Below, piece by piece: positions 50,295 through 61,689 of a stretch of DNA of 64,000 bases. The DNA lies in NCBI GenBank assembly GCA_951406725.2, contig OX597814.1, positions 182,032,001 through 182,096,000 of the forward strand, given 5' to 3'. The position numbers and the translations under genes are program-made. The number at the start of each line of letters is the position of its first letter. Within the stretch, counting starts at the first letter, position 1. The notes beneath the pieces were generated by a model. It was not told the origin of the DNA and made no database searches. It was given only the letters and a program-made list of their open reading frames with translations. Source of the stretch: Octopus vulgaris. Its lineage: Eukaryota.

Positions 50295-50769
50295 AGTCAG
50301 GTTTCTTTAGTTTTATTCACAAGGTGTTATTGGTGAAGCATCGGCAATAATAAAAGTATTTTGCCCAATGTGCCCCGCACAGCAAAATTGAACCCCGAAT
50401 CACGCTGCGAAGCGAACTTGATAACATATCTTTTAAAAGAAATAAAATAATCCAAAACCGAAAATGTTTAAATTAATGCTTGTATGAAAGCCTGTATATA
50501 TATATATATGAATATATATATATATACAGGCTTTTAAATATATATATATATGAATGTATATGTATGTATATGTACACGCGCACACTCATGTATGTGTAAA
50601 TATTAAATAACTTTCATATGATCGTTTTAAAGAATGTGCGAAAAAAAAAAAGTATAAGTTTTCATAGCTAAATTTGTTTATTTAGAATTCACTCCATCCA
50701 TCCATCCCCCACCTTCGTGCGAATTTAGACGAACTTTATATATTTGCACTTTAAGAGCTCTATTACTTT

Positions 50770-50915
50770 GTTTCCTTTTGTTACACGTCAGAGCTCGTCT
50801 CTTTTAAATGGTCGGTCCTCGGCTGTTAGTTTCAACAGAGTTATGCCCCTTCTTGAAATAATTTACCCTACCTTTCACTTCCATTACTAAACAATCAAAC
50901 AAAATGGCGCAATAG
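50770..50915 (+). promoter_or_regulatory. Putative promoter of the intronless gene
   Basis: CRE half-site CACGTCA (50784-50790) and YY1-type CAAAATGGCG (50900-50909) in CpG-retaining sequence. Confidence 0.55.
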
Positions 50916-51057
50916 TTCCAGACTAGAGCTTTTCAGCACCTGCTTTTATTTTTGCCTAGCTCGTATATTTATAGACATTTGTATTAGTTTTTGTTCCACC
51001 AAATCCCAGCTACAGATAGCTACATCAACAACATATATAGGTGCGGGGTTTCCTGCC

Positions 51058-51945
51058 ATGCCAAAGAAGAAAAAGAAAATGAGTTACGAAAGACGTCGAA
51101 GACAAGACAGAAGTCGCAAGAGATTATTTCGTGGTTCACAGTCTGATTTATCTCCAATGAACGGTAATCATGGTAATTATGTTTCAAAAGCTTATGCTAT
51201 TAATGAATTTAATTTTGAGGATTTGGATCGAATGATTATGTTTATTACGGAATCGAAACAAATTCAGGGTCGCTACTACGTTCGTTATCTTCCAGGCATG
51301 CTTAATTCCGCTGGAGAATTGACTCCATGTAATTATAGACCCGTTTTCAGCTTTACTTCTACTGCTGCTTCATCTGATTATAACTTTATCCAAAATAATG
51401 ATTACAGCGATGGTTCCCCTGAAGTTGTTGACCTAACTGACAGCGACGGTGTTTCGTCGGAAAACAGCAATCCTGCATCGCCAACTTCACCTTCAACTGT
51501 TGACGAAACTCAAGAGAAACATATTGAAGTTGAAGGTTCAGAAAATGGTGAACCCGGTGAAAAAAAAGATTCGAAAAGTGAAACACCGGGAGCAGAAAAG
51601 GCGAACGTATCTAAATCGATACCAGGGTTTTTATCAACGATAAACAGGAAACAAACCGCACGGAAAAGTATGCGGCAACAAACTGAATCTTTGTCTTGCG
51701 GAACTGAAAACAGTGCATCTCCGGCGATGGACATGGAAACGGAAAGTTCGTCCGTTTCTGCTTCTAATTCCGATTCAGTAAATACCAATAATAATATTCG
51801 AAGTAAAAGTACCAGTAGTTCTATCAACAAAAATAACCTTGTAGCTAACTCCTCGCTAACTAGCAACTGTAAGACTAAGCTACCATCTGATAAGTGGGAC
51901 ATTTTGGATGGAATAACAGTGACTATGAATCCGGATTTTCGATGA
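51058..51945 (+). CDS. Intronless 295-aa putative nuclear protein, largely disordered, with NLS, SIM and H3-tail mimic
   Basis: Longest ORF in the window and not repeat-derived. Kozak-like CCTGCCATG start, upstream YY1 motif, and a UTR-like AT-rich tail with AATAAA. Confidence 0.8.
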   Translation: MPKKKKKMSYERRRRQDRSRKRLFRGSQSDLSPMNGNHGNYVSKAYAINEFNFEDLDRMIMFITESKQIQGRYYVRYLPGMLNSAGELTPCNYRPVFSFTSTAASSDYNFIQNNDYSDGSPEVVDLTDSDGVSSENSNPASPTSPSTVDETQEKHIEVEGSENGEPGEKKDSKSETPGAEKANVSKSIPGFLSTINRKQTARKSMRQQTESLSCGTENSASPAMDMETESSSVSASNSDSVNTNNNIRSKSTSSSINKNNLVANSSLTSNCKTKLPSDKWDILDGITVTMNPDFR

Positions 51946-53143
51946 CCTAACGTTGTTCCCTCTTGTACAAAGAAAGAAAAAAAAAAAGATACAAAACAAA
52001 ACAAAAAAAAAAGACAAAAAAAAAAATTTAATCATGTAAACTTTTACCAATTCGTAGCATATACATTAATTTCATGAATTCATTCATTCAAAGCGAATTT
52101 CTCGTTTCTACTCATGAATTTTCCAACATGGCTGCCTGATTGATAATTGATTACAGGTATCTATTGAATGGATTAGTCACTTTAACTGGAAATTAGTGAG
52201 TGTGCAAATTATATTCTAGTTTTGTTCGGCCAAATTTTTTGGTATCTATTGCTACATTAGGACTCCTGCACTGATGTCACGTGTTTCAGCAGCCATATTG
52301 AGACGATTTTAGCTGGCTGAACTAATTTAGTCACAGGCACTGCTGCATTTAAAGTTCCGATTTTCATCTGATAATGTGTTCATTTTTATCCTCCTTCTCT
52401 ATAAATATTGAAACAAAACAAAACAAAAAAAAAACAAACAAACATTTTTTTTTTTTTCGAGAAATATCCTCAACATATATATATTTTATTTTCTATTGTA
52501 AAGAAAATGGGAAATGTTCCGAAGATGAACCTAAATAATCTACATTTTTTGGACAGGATACTCTGAGTCGGCTAAACTTAAATGACAAAAGAAAAAAAAA
52601 TTTATTCGAGAAAGGCGGGTTTACTATGTTTATACATATGTATATGTGTTTCATATATATTTATAGATATATAAAAACCTGTTGATGTTCCTTCAGCTTG
52701 TGTTCAAAACAAAAATGCTGTGTGTCTATTTACGTCTCACTTAGCTTTAATATTTCTTCTTTTTTCCTATTTGCCCCCCCCCCATCTTCTCCCTCCCTTT
52801 CTCGTTTTAAAAGGTAATATTTAATTAATCATTATTTAATACTTGGAAACCTTTACTCTAAGACTGTAAACCTTCTTGTGGTTATTGCTTTGACTTACTT
52901 TTAAGATCTGACTGATACTTTCAACAAACAAACAATTTGAAAGGAAGCAATTTTTTTATATATGAAAAATACATGTAGAAAAAGCAAGCCACTCAATTTC
53001 ATAAAAGGTTCATAATCATATGACTGCCATGCTGACTTGATTTATATTTTATTCAGTACCTTAAAATGTATATCATCTTGATAAACTTTTTTTGTCTCCC
53101 TTCTTTATAAAACTTCATTTTTTCTCTTCATTTCAAGTTAAAA

Positions 53144-53190
53144 AATAAATCTTAGTTGTGAGAATGTTGACCTTTTTGTACCTTTATTTA
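53144..53190 (+). terminator. Candidate polyadenylation signal of the intronless gene
   Basis: AATAAA at 53144-53149 followed by GT/T-rich downstream sequence. Confidence 0.4.
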
Positions 53191-55699
53191 AAAAAAAAAA
53201 TTAACGATTGAAAAATATTTTTAAAATGTGCTCTCAAGACTTCAATATTTACATACACAGACACACACAAAAAAATTACTGTTGGTGTTGTTTTTAGTTG
53301 TAGAAAAACGTTTGAATAAGTATTTTGAGGAGATATTTACATTTGCAGAAAAATGAATGGCTAGTCGTATGTGCTTGATATAAGTGTTTATGGATTATAT
53401 ATACAGCATTAGATATATAGAACATTGAAGTTTTAAGTAAGTCGTATTTATGAATCATATCATAACGTCTTCTGGTGATATTATTTAATATACAAAATGG
53501 TTTAAAAGCAAGTGTTTATAATTTAAACTAAACTATTTTTAAAATACTGCTCCCAGATCTGGATTCATTGTTCTTTGTTTACATATTTTGGCTTTCATCA
53601 AATAGCTGTTATACGATCTTGTTTTATATATGCAATAGTTTATTTGTAACATTTTGACATATTTGTTCTGGAGAGTACAATACTTTGATTTCCAAATATA
53701 TAGGATAGATACATTATTTAATGTTCGTTTGCATAGGAAGTGGGTTTTTTTTAAGGTTTTCACGATAACATTTTTTGATTCAATTTTTTAAAAATATTTG
53801 TTGACAACAGTTGTGTTGGGAGTTGTGGATATTAATTAATGGAATTGCCCGTGAACGAATTTAAATTTCTATTTTGTTGCAAATTAATTGCATTAAAGAA
53901 AGTTGTTGACATTGCTTGGCGTATCAGAGATTTTTTCTTTCTAATAGCTTAACCACCGACATTGGTCTTTGTATTATATACAATCTGAATAAGTCTCTCT
54001 CTTTGCTCTAATTTTTTTCTTTCTCTTCGTCCTTTTTTTTTTTTTTTTTTTCTTACAAATTAAGGTTATATTTGTTGCATTTAAGTTGTTTTGCCATTAA
54101 AAACTGACTCGCTGATTTATAGCTAAACTAATATTTTAATTGTTGGTCAATTCTATTGTCAGCATGGAGGCTGCTGATTAAATAATCATTATTTTTTCAA
54201 GTCGTGGCTATCCCGTCTTGCGAAAGGAAGAACACTGCAATTGGGACGTTCTTATTTAGCAACTATCGCAATAGCAACCGATCTGTTTCCCATTTATATC
54301 ATTGTATACACTATTATTTTTTGTGCAGAAGCTTACTTATTGACAACAACCTAGTTTCTTCAAGAAATCATGCTAATTTCATTGTATCGTTTTATTATAT
54401 TCAAAAGAAAAAAATTATTACTTCGTCCTATGAAGAAAGGCATTGTTCATTATCGCCTGTACTGAAACGGGTTGGGCTGTCTGGACAAATTGAGTGCATT
54501 TAATTCTTCGACTGAGTTGAGTGTGGGAGGGCGGTGTGGCTATGGTACGGGAAAGATACTTGTTTGAGTAGGAGGAGGCGTATAAAATGCATGTTCAGTG
54601 GCAGTTGTAGGAAAAGCAGTAACGGTTTATAGTGGGAGGACACAGCTCAACAACTGGCTGGTGATAGCTTATTAGGTTCATATTGGCCCTGATCGAGCAC
54701 ACCTATGAGCTCTTTCAGTCGTGATCAGTGTGTCCTTTTTTTTTTTCCATCCAGGATCGCGTTATTTTAATGTGTTTCATGTGCTTTGTGGGCGGTATGG
54801 TAGCATTCAATGGAAATTTGTGGCTGTTCTTTCTAGCCGGTCGGCCGATCGTTGCCATGTCAAGTTTTTTTTTTTTCTCCTTTGTCGTATTTCATTGACA
54901 GGTTGTTGGTAAAGTAATTCCAGTCGTGGAAACAATATTCGGTGTTGTATATTTTTAGTTCAGGAATGACAGAGATATTGGCTTTTGAACAGAGATCACT
55001 CGAAATACGTCCAAGCGATTTTGAGTGTAGTTAATAAAGCTAATTGTTTATTTTATCATGACATAACAAGAAAGCTTAGCGCTTATGTCCGATTTGCGGG
55101 ATCTTTTGCCTCTGGTAAACCAAAACACTGATGCAGTTACATTGCCAAATATATTTAAGGATTTTTACAGTTGCCCGCTAAGTTAGGTCTAGTAGTGTTG
55201 TAATAGTTAATCAGTTGTTATTACTTCTATTTAACTTGGATATGTTTGTGATTGTTTTGGAGTTTTGTCAGTTAGGTTTATTGAAATTTTAGATTATTGT
55301 CAATGGAAAAAAAAAAAAAGAATTAAATATTAGATTAAAATAAATGTAAGCAGAAGAAACCGTAGCTAATCGAGCTTCGATAGTAGAACCAAAACAGTAG
55401 CAGCTAGTGTGATAGTGGCCGAAGAATGCGTTTAACCAATTCTTTCAAGCCTACATAATATCTTTCTAAATATTAGCCGTCGTAGTTTGCGATAAGCAGT
55501 TGCTATTATTTACTTTATGAATTTAACATTGCAAAAACACGACAGATGCTTAAAATTTATATTATAAATACTTATACTAATGAGAAGTACTTTGTGTCAA
55601 AAACAGCAGAATTTTTCCTGATGAAATGTGTGTGTATGTATTTATGTGTGCGTGTATATATATATATATGCGTGCGTGTATATATATGTATATAATGTG

Positions 55700-56150
55700 C
55701 GTGTATAAATATGTATATAATGTCTGTTTATATATGTATATCACGTGACCGATCAGACCATCAGATGTTGCTACACATCGCTGGTCACAATGCGCTTCGC
55801 ATTGTTTTAGCCTTCGAATGACGCCACCCCGCTGGCTAAGCGAGCAGGCCATATATGTATATAATGTCTGTTTATATATGTATATAATGTCTGTTTATAT
55901 ATGTATATAATGTCTGTTTATATATGTATATAATGTCTGTTTATATATGTATATAATGTATGTATATATATGTATATAATGTCTGTGTGTATATATGTGT
56001 AATAATGTCTGTGTGTATATATGTGTAATAATGTCTGTATATATGTATATAATGTCTGTATATATATATATATATATGTATGTAATGTCTGTATATATAT
56101 GTTTGAATAAATATATATATATATGTATATAATGTGTATATGTATATAAA
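55700..56150. repeat. ~22-bp AT-rich minisatellite with a 110-bp GC-rich insert
   Basis: Unit TATATATGTATATAATGTCTGTT is repeated and degenerates to the right. Insert at 55741-55850. Confidence 0.85.
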
Positions 56151-56698
56151 TGGAGATTATTGGTTGTAAAGGGTCTTCTGAAATAAGTTAATTCTAAGTG
56201 CTAAGTACAGCACATGTACATTCATTGCTGATGAAGTCATAATTTTGTAAAGTTAAATTAGATTTTTGAACCCTTTAGCAGTTAGATTACTTTGTCAAAT
56301 GTAATGCTTATTTATTCACATTGTTTTGCATTAATCATGCAATTTTGTAGCTTTAGGATTTCAATGATGCGATTGTTTTCAGAATGACATTGCAGAGCAG
56401 ATGTAAGAGACCAGATCTGGTCAAAAAGGTAGAATATTTGGGTTGGATGTGACGGGGTTAAATGCTAAAGGGTTAATAACTATCAGTCTTTTGCAAGAAC
56501 CAGAAAAAGCGAATCTCTCTATCAAAACGTCTGTATAATTTCAAGTAGGATTAACAGTTTATACTATTCTTTAGCCAGCCAATTTCAAGACTATAGAAGG
56601 CAATATCACCCAACATTAATTTTGAAAGACATGTTGTTATGACCCTTCTGTCCGGCCTTTGCCGTGATAGATTGCTAGCCAGTACACATTCTTTATTT

Positions 56699-56736
56699 TC
56701 TTTCTGTGGAAGAGCGTAGGCTTGAAACGTTAAAGA
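56699..56736 (+). ncRNA. Minimal hammerhead-like motif with A6U core change
   Basis: TCTTT CTGTGGA A GAGC-GTAG-GCTT GAAACGTT^ AAAGA, inside a repeat whose tail recurs at about 24080-24180. Confidence 0.55.
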
Positions 56737-59700
56737 CTTTTTCACTTCCTGAGCATTGCACTAATACATACTGTATGTTGTCTACACCACCTGTCTTTGT
56801 CTTTTGTTTTTTGTGTGTGAATTCTCCCCATGTTGTTATGAAAACAGACCTAGGTCAACCACGTGTGTGCAGACCTATGATCAAACACATTTCAGTTTTT
56901 CTTTGCTATTTTATATCATCAGCCCATGTGTTCTTTTCCAGTTAGCAGTGAGATTTGGCTGTTATATCTTCTAGGTTGGAGATTATAGAGGCTTCCTTAC
57001 TGGACAAGAAGCTTGTTTTATTTTCAATATTTGGTTATCTAAAGGCCAAACCCAAATTCTCAATGTATTCTATGACTTATGCGATCCTATTTACTGGTCT
57101 TGGTGATATGAGAGAGACACTTGTCAATGGAGCACATTTATGCATACCTATGTAGATAGAGGCATGTATATTTGCATATATTTTATAATACCTCTTGTGA
57201 AAAATAGCAGTATTCATTTTATATTTTCAGCGTGTACACTACATCATTTCCAGTGACTAGGAAGTGTTTCTACAAATTGGGTGGATTTTAGTTTAAGGGC
57301 ACTCACTGGTTTATTGGTTTTCTTGACAATATTTGCATCCTTGCCAATATGGTAGTGAAAGATATATGGATCTCTGAATTCGAAAAGTAATCAGTTTAAT
57401 TAACTTCACTGAATTAGCATGTCAGTGGTTGAACATTCTACAGACACCTGTACCCTGAATGCAATTTTTTAAAGTTAAATCAATGTAACATGGTTTGACT
57501 TAAATTGCAGGTGTAGTCCAACTGTTGGGCATCCACACAGTTTCTGTGTGTCCTGTTTCACTTACAAGGCTTGGGCTGACCCTAGGCTAAGGTAAATAAC
57601 ACTCAAGGTACCACATAGGAGGATTGTAATGAGCCCATGTGATTGTGATGCAAGCTTCTTAACAGAGCTGGCTGTGTGTGTAATGGACTCCCCTGTCAAA
57701 GATGATGTGAGTGTTCAGCTTTAGCTGAACAACTTACGTGAATTGTTTATAGTGATTGAATGTATGTGTTGTACATTAGCTAACTCCCTTGTTCAAATCA
57801 ATGATAACTGAACAGGTGCATGGTGTACCACGAGTTAGGTTTTGGAATGATCACTGAGACTTAGATGAAATGTGTTGCTCAAGAACACAACGCACCAACT
57901 GGTTTAGGAATTGAAACCATGATCTCTTGACTGAGTGCACCACTCTAACCACTAGGCTATGCGTCTTTATATATATATATATTTACATACACACACATGA
58001 CTGGCCTGTTGTGTATGTATATAGTCAATCCAACAATATGGTAGAAAATGCTGATGTGAGATTTCATGTGCAATCATGTTTTTGGAAAGTGTCCTTTACA
58101 CATAGCTGTATAAACATGAGAAAACTATTAGTATGAACATGATGCATAGGAAGGATAAGTTTGGTGAAGAAGAATAAGTTTAACCATTTTTTTTATCATA
58201 TTGCTATTGAATTACACTGCCTTTGCTTTAATTAATTTCAAAAATAGTGAATTTATTAAAATATATTTATCTTTAAGCTGCTGTTTGTTAAATAAGCAAG
58301 TAATTTTGATGGGTGATTTTCATTTAGATCATTTTAAAATAGGAAATTTATATCATAGGTGGTTTCAGGCAGTTTGGTATCAGAATGGTTAAATGATGAT
58401 ACGCCTTGCCAACCATCCCAATATCCAGCTTATAACTTCAGAAATTGCCCACTTAGTGGATTGTACTTCTTGAACACCTACAGGATTATCTGTAACTCAT
58501 CACAAATACTTTTAAGAATTGATACAACCAACATATACAATCATTCAGATTGAAGGACAAAATTTTACTTTTTAGTCACAAGTTGTTTAGAAATGTACAT
58601 CATAAAATAGGACACAGGGGTTAGTCTATAATCTAGGAATTGCAGATTATGCTCAACTAACATGGCTTCTCAGATCCAAGTTCATATTGCTTGCTTTTAT
58701 AGACATTTCTTTTCAGAGAATCCTAAAGGTTTGCAAATGAATTTTCAAAATGAAGCAGAGTAGTTACCCCTGTCACCCACCTAGCCAAGAGTGCTCTCCC
58801 CTCTTATAGAAGCACAAAAAAATAGAGCTTATTGATTAATACCAATAGCATGGTGCAGTAATTCCTCCTGATCACCCTAGCCGATTTGACTTAGAGTTGC
58901 CTAAATGACTATGTGGCAGGAGGCACAGTAGTAATACAGTGAATTATCAGCTGCCTTCTAGTAAATACAGATGGAGTATTTTTTAAATTTTATTCGTAAT
59001 AAAAAAAACATATACCAACTTCCTGTCATATCTATGAATCGAAAATATATAACTAAAGAAGAAATATTCCCTCATGTAATTCATGAAGAATATCTAGACA
59101 TCCTCCAAGATTTAGGAGCAAGTTGAAAGAAATGGGTGTTAAATCAAATGGTATGTGGTTGTTTGTCTAAATTTCAGGTGACAAGTAAAAATTATGTATT
59201 ATGCATATATTCAGGGTTACTGTAATGCTAAGTTTAGTTCTAAAAAGGATTTTGATTTAGCCTTTTCTAATCCTGTCTAAGCAGTAATATTGTATTCTGT
59301 AACCAAACCTTTGTCTACATGCAGTCAATGTCTTAAATTTGAAATATTGATGTAAGTATGTCTAAGAAGTATAGGGGAACAAATTTTTATAGCTTTATGC
59401 AAAATGATAGTTGATAGCATGACCAGATACTAAAATAGATCCCTCAAGAATAACAGGACCAAAGAAATGTTAATTTTCCACCGAGGGACTTGTAAGATAT
59501 GAGCAAAGAAAACAAAAAACAAATTATCTTCTGGTTTAACTCCCTTTTCAGTCTTAATTGAACTCTCATCCAGCTAAAAACTTAGTTTAATTTCAAAGTA
59601 TTTTCCTGGTTGCAACAAACTGCACAAGTTCATCATCGTTTAGCGTCCGCTTTCCATGCTATCATGGGTTGGACGGTTCAACTGGGGTCTGGGAAGCCAG

Positions 59701-60879
59701 AAGGCTGCACCAGGACCAGTCTGATCTGGCAATGTTTCTATGGCTGGATGCGCTTCCTAATGCCAACCACTCCGTGAGTGTAGTGGGTGCTTTTTATGTG
59801 CCACCGGCACAGGTGCCAGATGAGGCTGGCAAACGGCCACAATCGGATGGTGCTGTTGCAAATAGTAACCAAGCTAAACCACAATGTGTACTAACCAGGG
59901 CTCATATAAACAGCAGCTCTATGCTTGAGAGCTAAAGCAGTAATCCACCAGTTTCTACAAATACTGATAAGCAAAACAACTACTTAGATAAGCTACTACG
60001 CTACTAGAAATTGCTAAATTGCCTGCCACATTGCTAAAAGTTTATCTCCATCAAAGTGTGGAATGGTTTAAGAGCAACTAGCTTACAGCCCAACTAGGTA
60101 ACAACTAATTTGACCAATGTGACTGGATCGTTGTGGGGCAGCAGCAGAAATAATTGTTTTCTTAGCTCCAGGTCACCCTTCATCAAGTGAATCTTTGATA
60201 AGACACATTTCACTTGTAACCATTCACGTTTTTCTTGGTAAAGTGTACATTGGACTGAAAAAAAAAAAAAAACAGGATAATTATGACTAGAACATCTTTT
60301 ATCACAGGTTGCTTGATGATAATTGGCCTGGATGTAAACAAACAACAATAACAATTATACTATCTGCCTGCCAAAACCTAGTGTCTCAGTTACTTTGGCT
60401 AATAGGTGGCCAAGTTAGTTGTTACCCAGTTGCCATGTTATCTCTGGAAGAGTTCAAATCATATACAGGTATATGTGAGGGACCGTTCCATTTAGAAGTT
60501 ATGTGAATCACAAATTCACCTATAAATTTGCAAATATGGGAATACCATAGCTCTATCAAGTTGTGAATACAAACTAAAATTTAAGTCACATGATCCATTT
60601 TAGCTCATGGCATGAAATAAATTAATAAAAAAAGATCCTGTGATCTTTATAAAATTCTAGATATGAAGTAAGCCAACAGACATTTTAAACATGGACTGAG
60701 TTAATAGCAAATGTCATACAAGGTTCTAGCTACAAAATGACAAACACTCACACTAGATTAATTTGACAGATATAGATTACCAAGCTGCTACCAGATTGGA
60801 AAAATAAGTCTTTATTGGCTTCTGATGCTTCCAGTAGATTGGGGTAGACTTCCACTCTCCTCTCCTTGAAATCGGGTAT

Positions 60880-61605
60880 CAAATGTCTTGGTCATTGCCT
60901 CCGTGAGGCCCAACACTTGAAAGGAACTCAGCTACTTTGCCTCTGTGAGGCCCAGCACTCAAAAGATGTTTTTGATGTGTCACCAGCATGGGTGCACTTG
61001 CCTTGACGAGTCCTCTCAAGCACAACACATTGCCAAAGGTCTCAGTCACCAGTCATTTCCACAGTGAGTCTCAAAGTTCGAAGATCATGCTTCACCACCT
61101 TGTCCCCTGTCTTCCTGGGTCTACCTCTACCACAGGTTCCTTCTACAGTTAGAGATTGGTACTTCTTTTCACAGTTGTCCTCGTCCATACATATTACATG
61201 ACCATACCAGTGCAGTCATCTCTCTTGCACAACACATCTGATTCCTCTTATGCCTAACTTTTCTCTCAAAGATGCTTAGACTCTGTTGAACATGCACACT
61301 GAGATTGAACATTCAGCGAAGCATACTGGTTTCATTTCTTTCAAGACTACGCATCTCCTCGGCTGTCACAACCCATGTTTCACTGCCATACAGCATAGCT
61401 GTTCAAACACAGGCATCAAACAATCTGCCTTTTACTCTGAGAGAGAGGCCCTTTGTTGCCAGCAGAGGTAGGAGCTCTCTGAACTTTGCCCAACCTAATC
61501 TTATTCACACAGCTATGCTCTCGGAGCATCCACCTCCACTATTAATGTGGTCACCTAGATAACAGAAGCTATCTACTACCTCTAGCTTCTCCCCTGACAG
61601 TTAAT
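60880..61605 (-). mobile_element. RTE LINE 3' fragment
   Basis: Homologous to 25130-25700 (gagctctctgaactttgcc, gagcatccacctccacta). Confidence 0.8.
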
Positions 61606-61689
61606 GGAGTTTTTGCTAGGTAAAGTATCCACTAAGGCCAGTATAGGCCCAGCCAGAGATGAATGCTTAGCTTTATGTTCCAAAGTACA

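Noticed and set aside
51510-52004. 164-aa minus-strand ORF
   Set aside because: Antisense shadow of the 295-aa ORF, starting in a poly-T tract.
56225-56272. CTGATGA with a possible AT-rich stem II
   Set aside because: Interrupted by a TTAA MITE, and the remaining hammerhead elements cannot be identified.
58717-59150. Acceptor/donor-bounded segment as TCAIM exon 4
   Set aside because: Stops occur in the required frame and there is no TCAIM similarity. Candidate acceptors at about 44240, 57230 and 62712 fail likewise.
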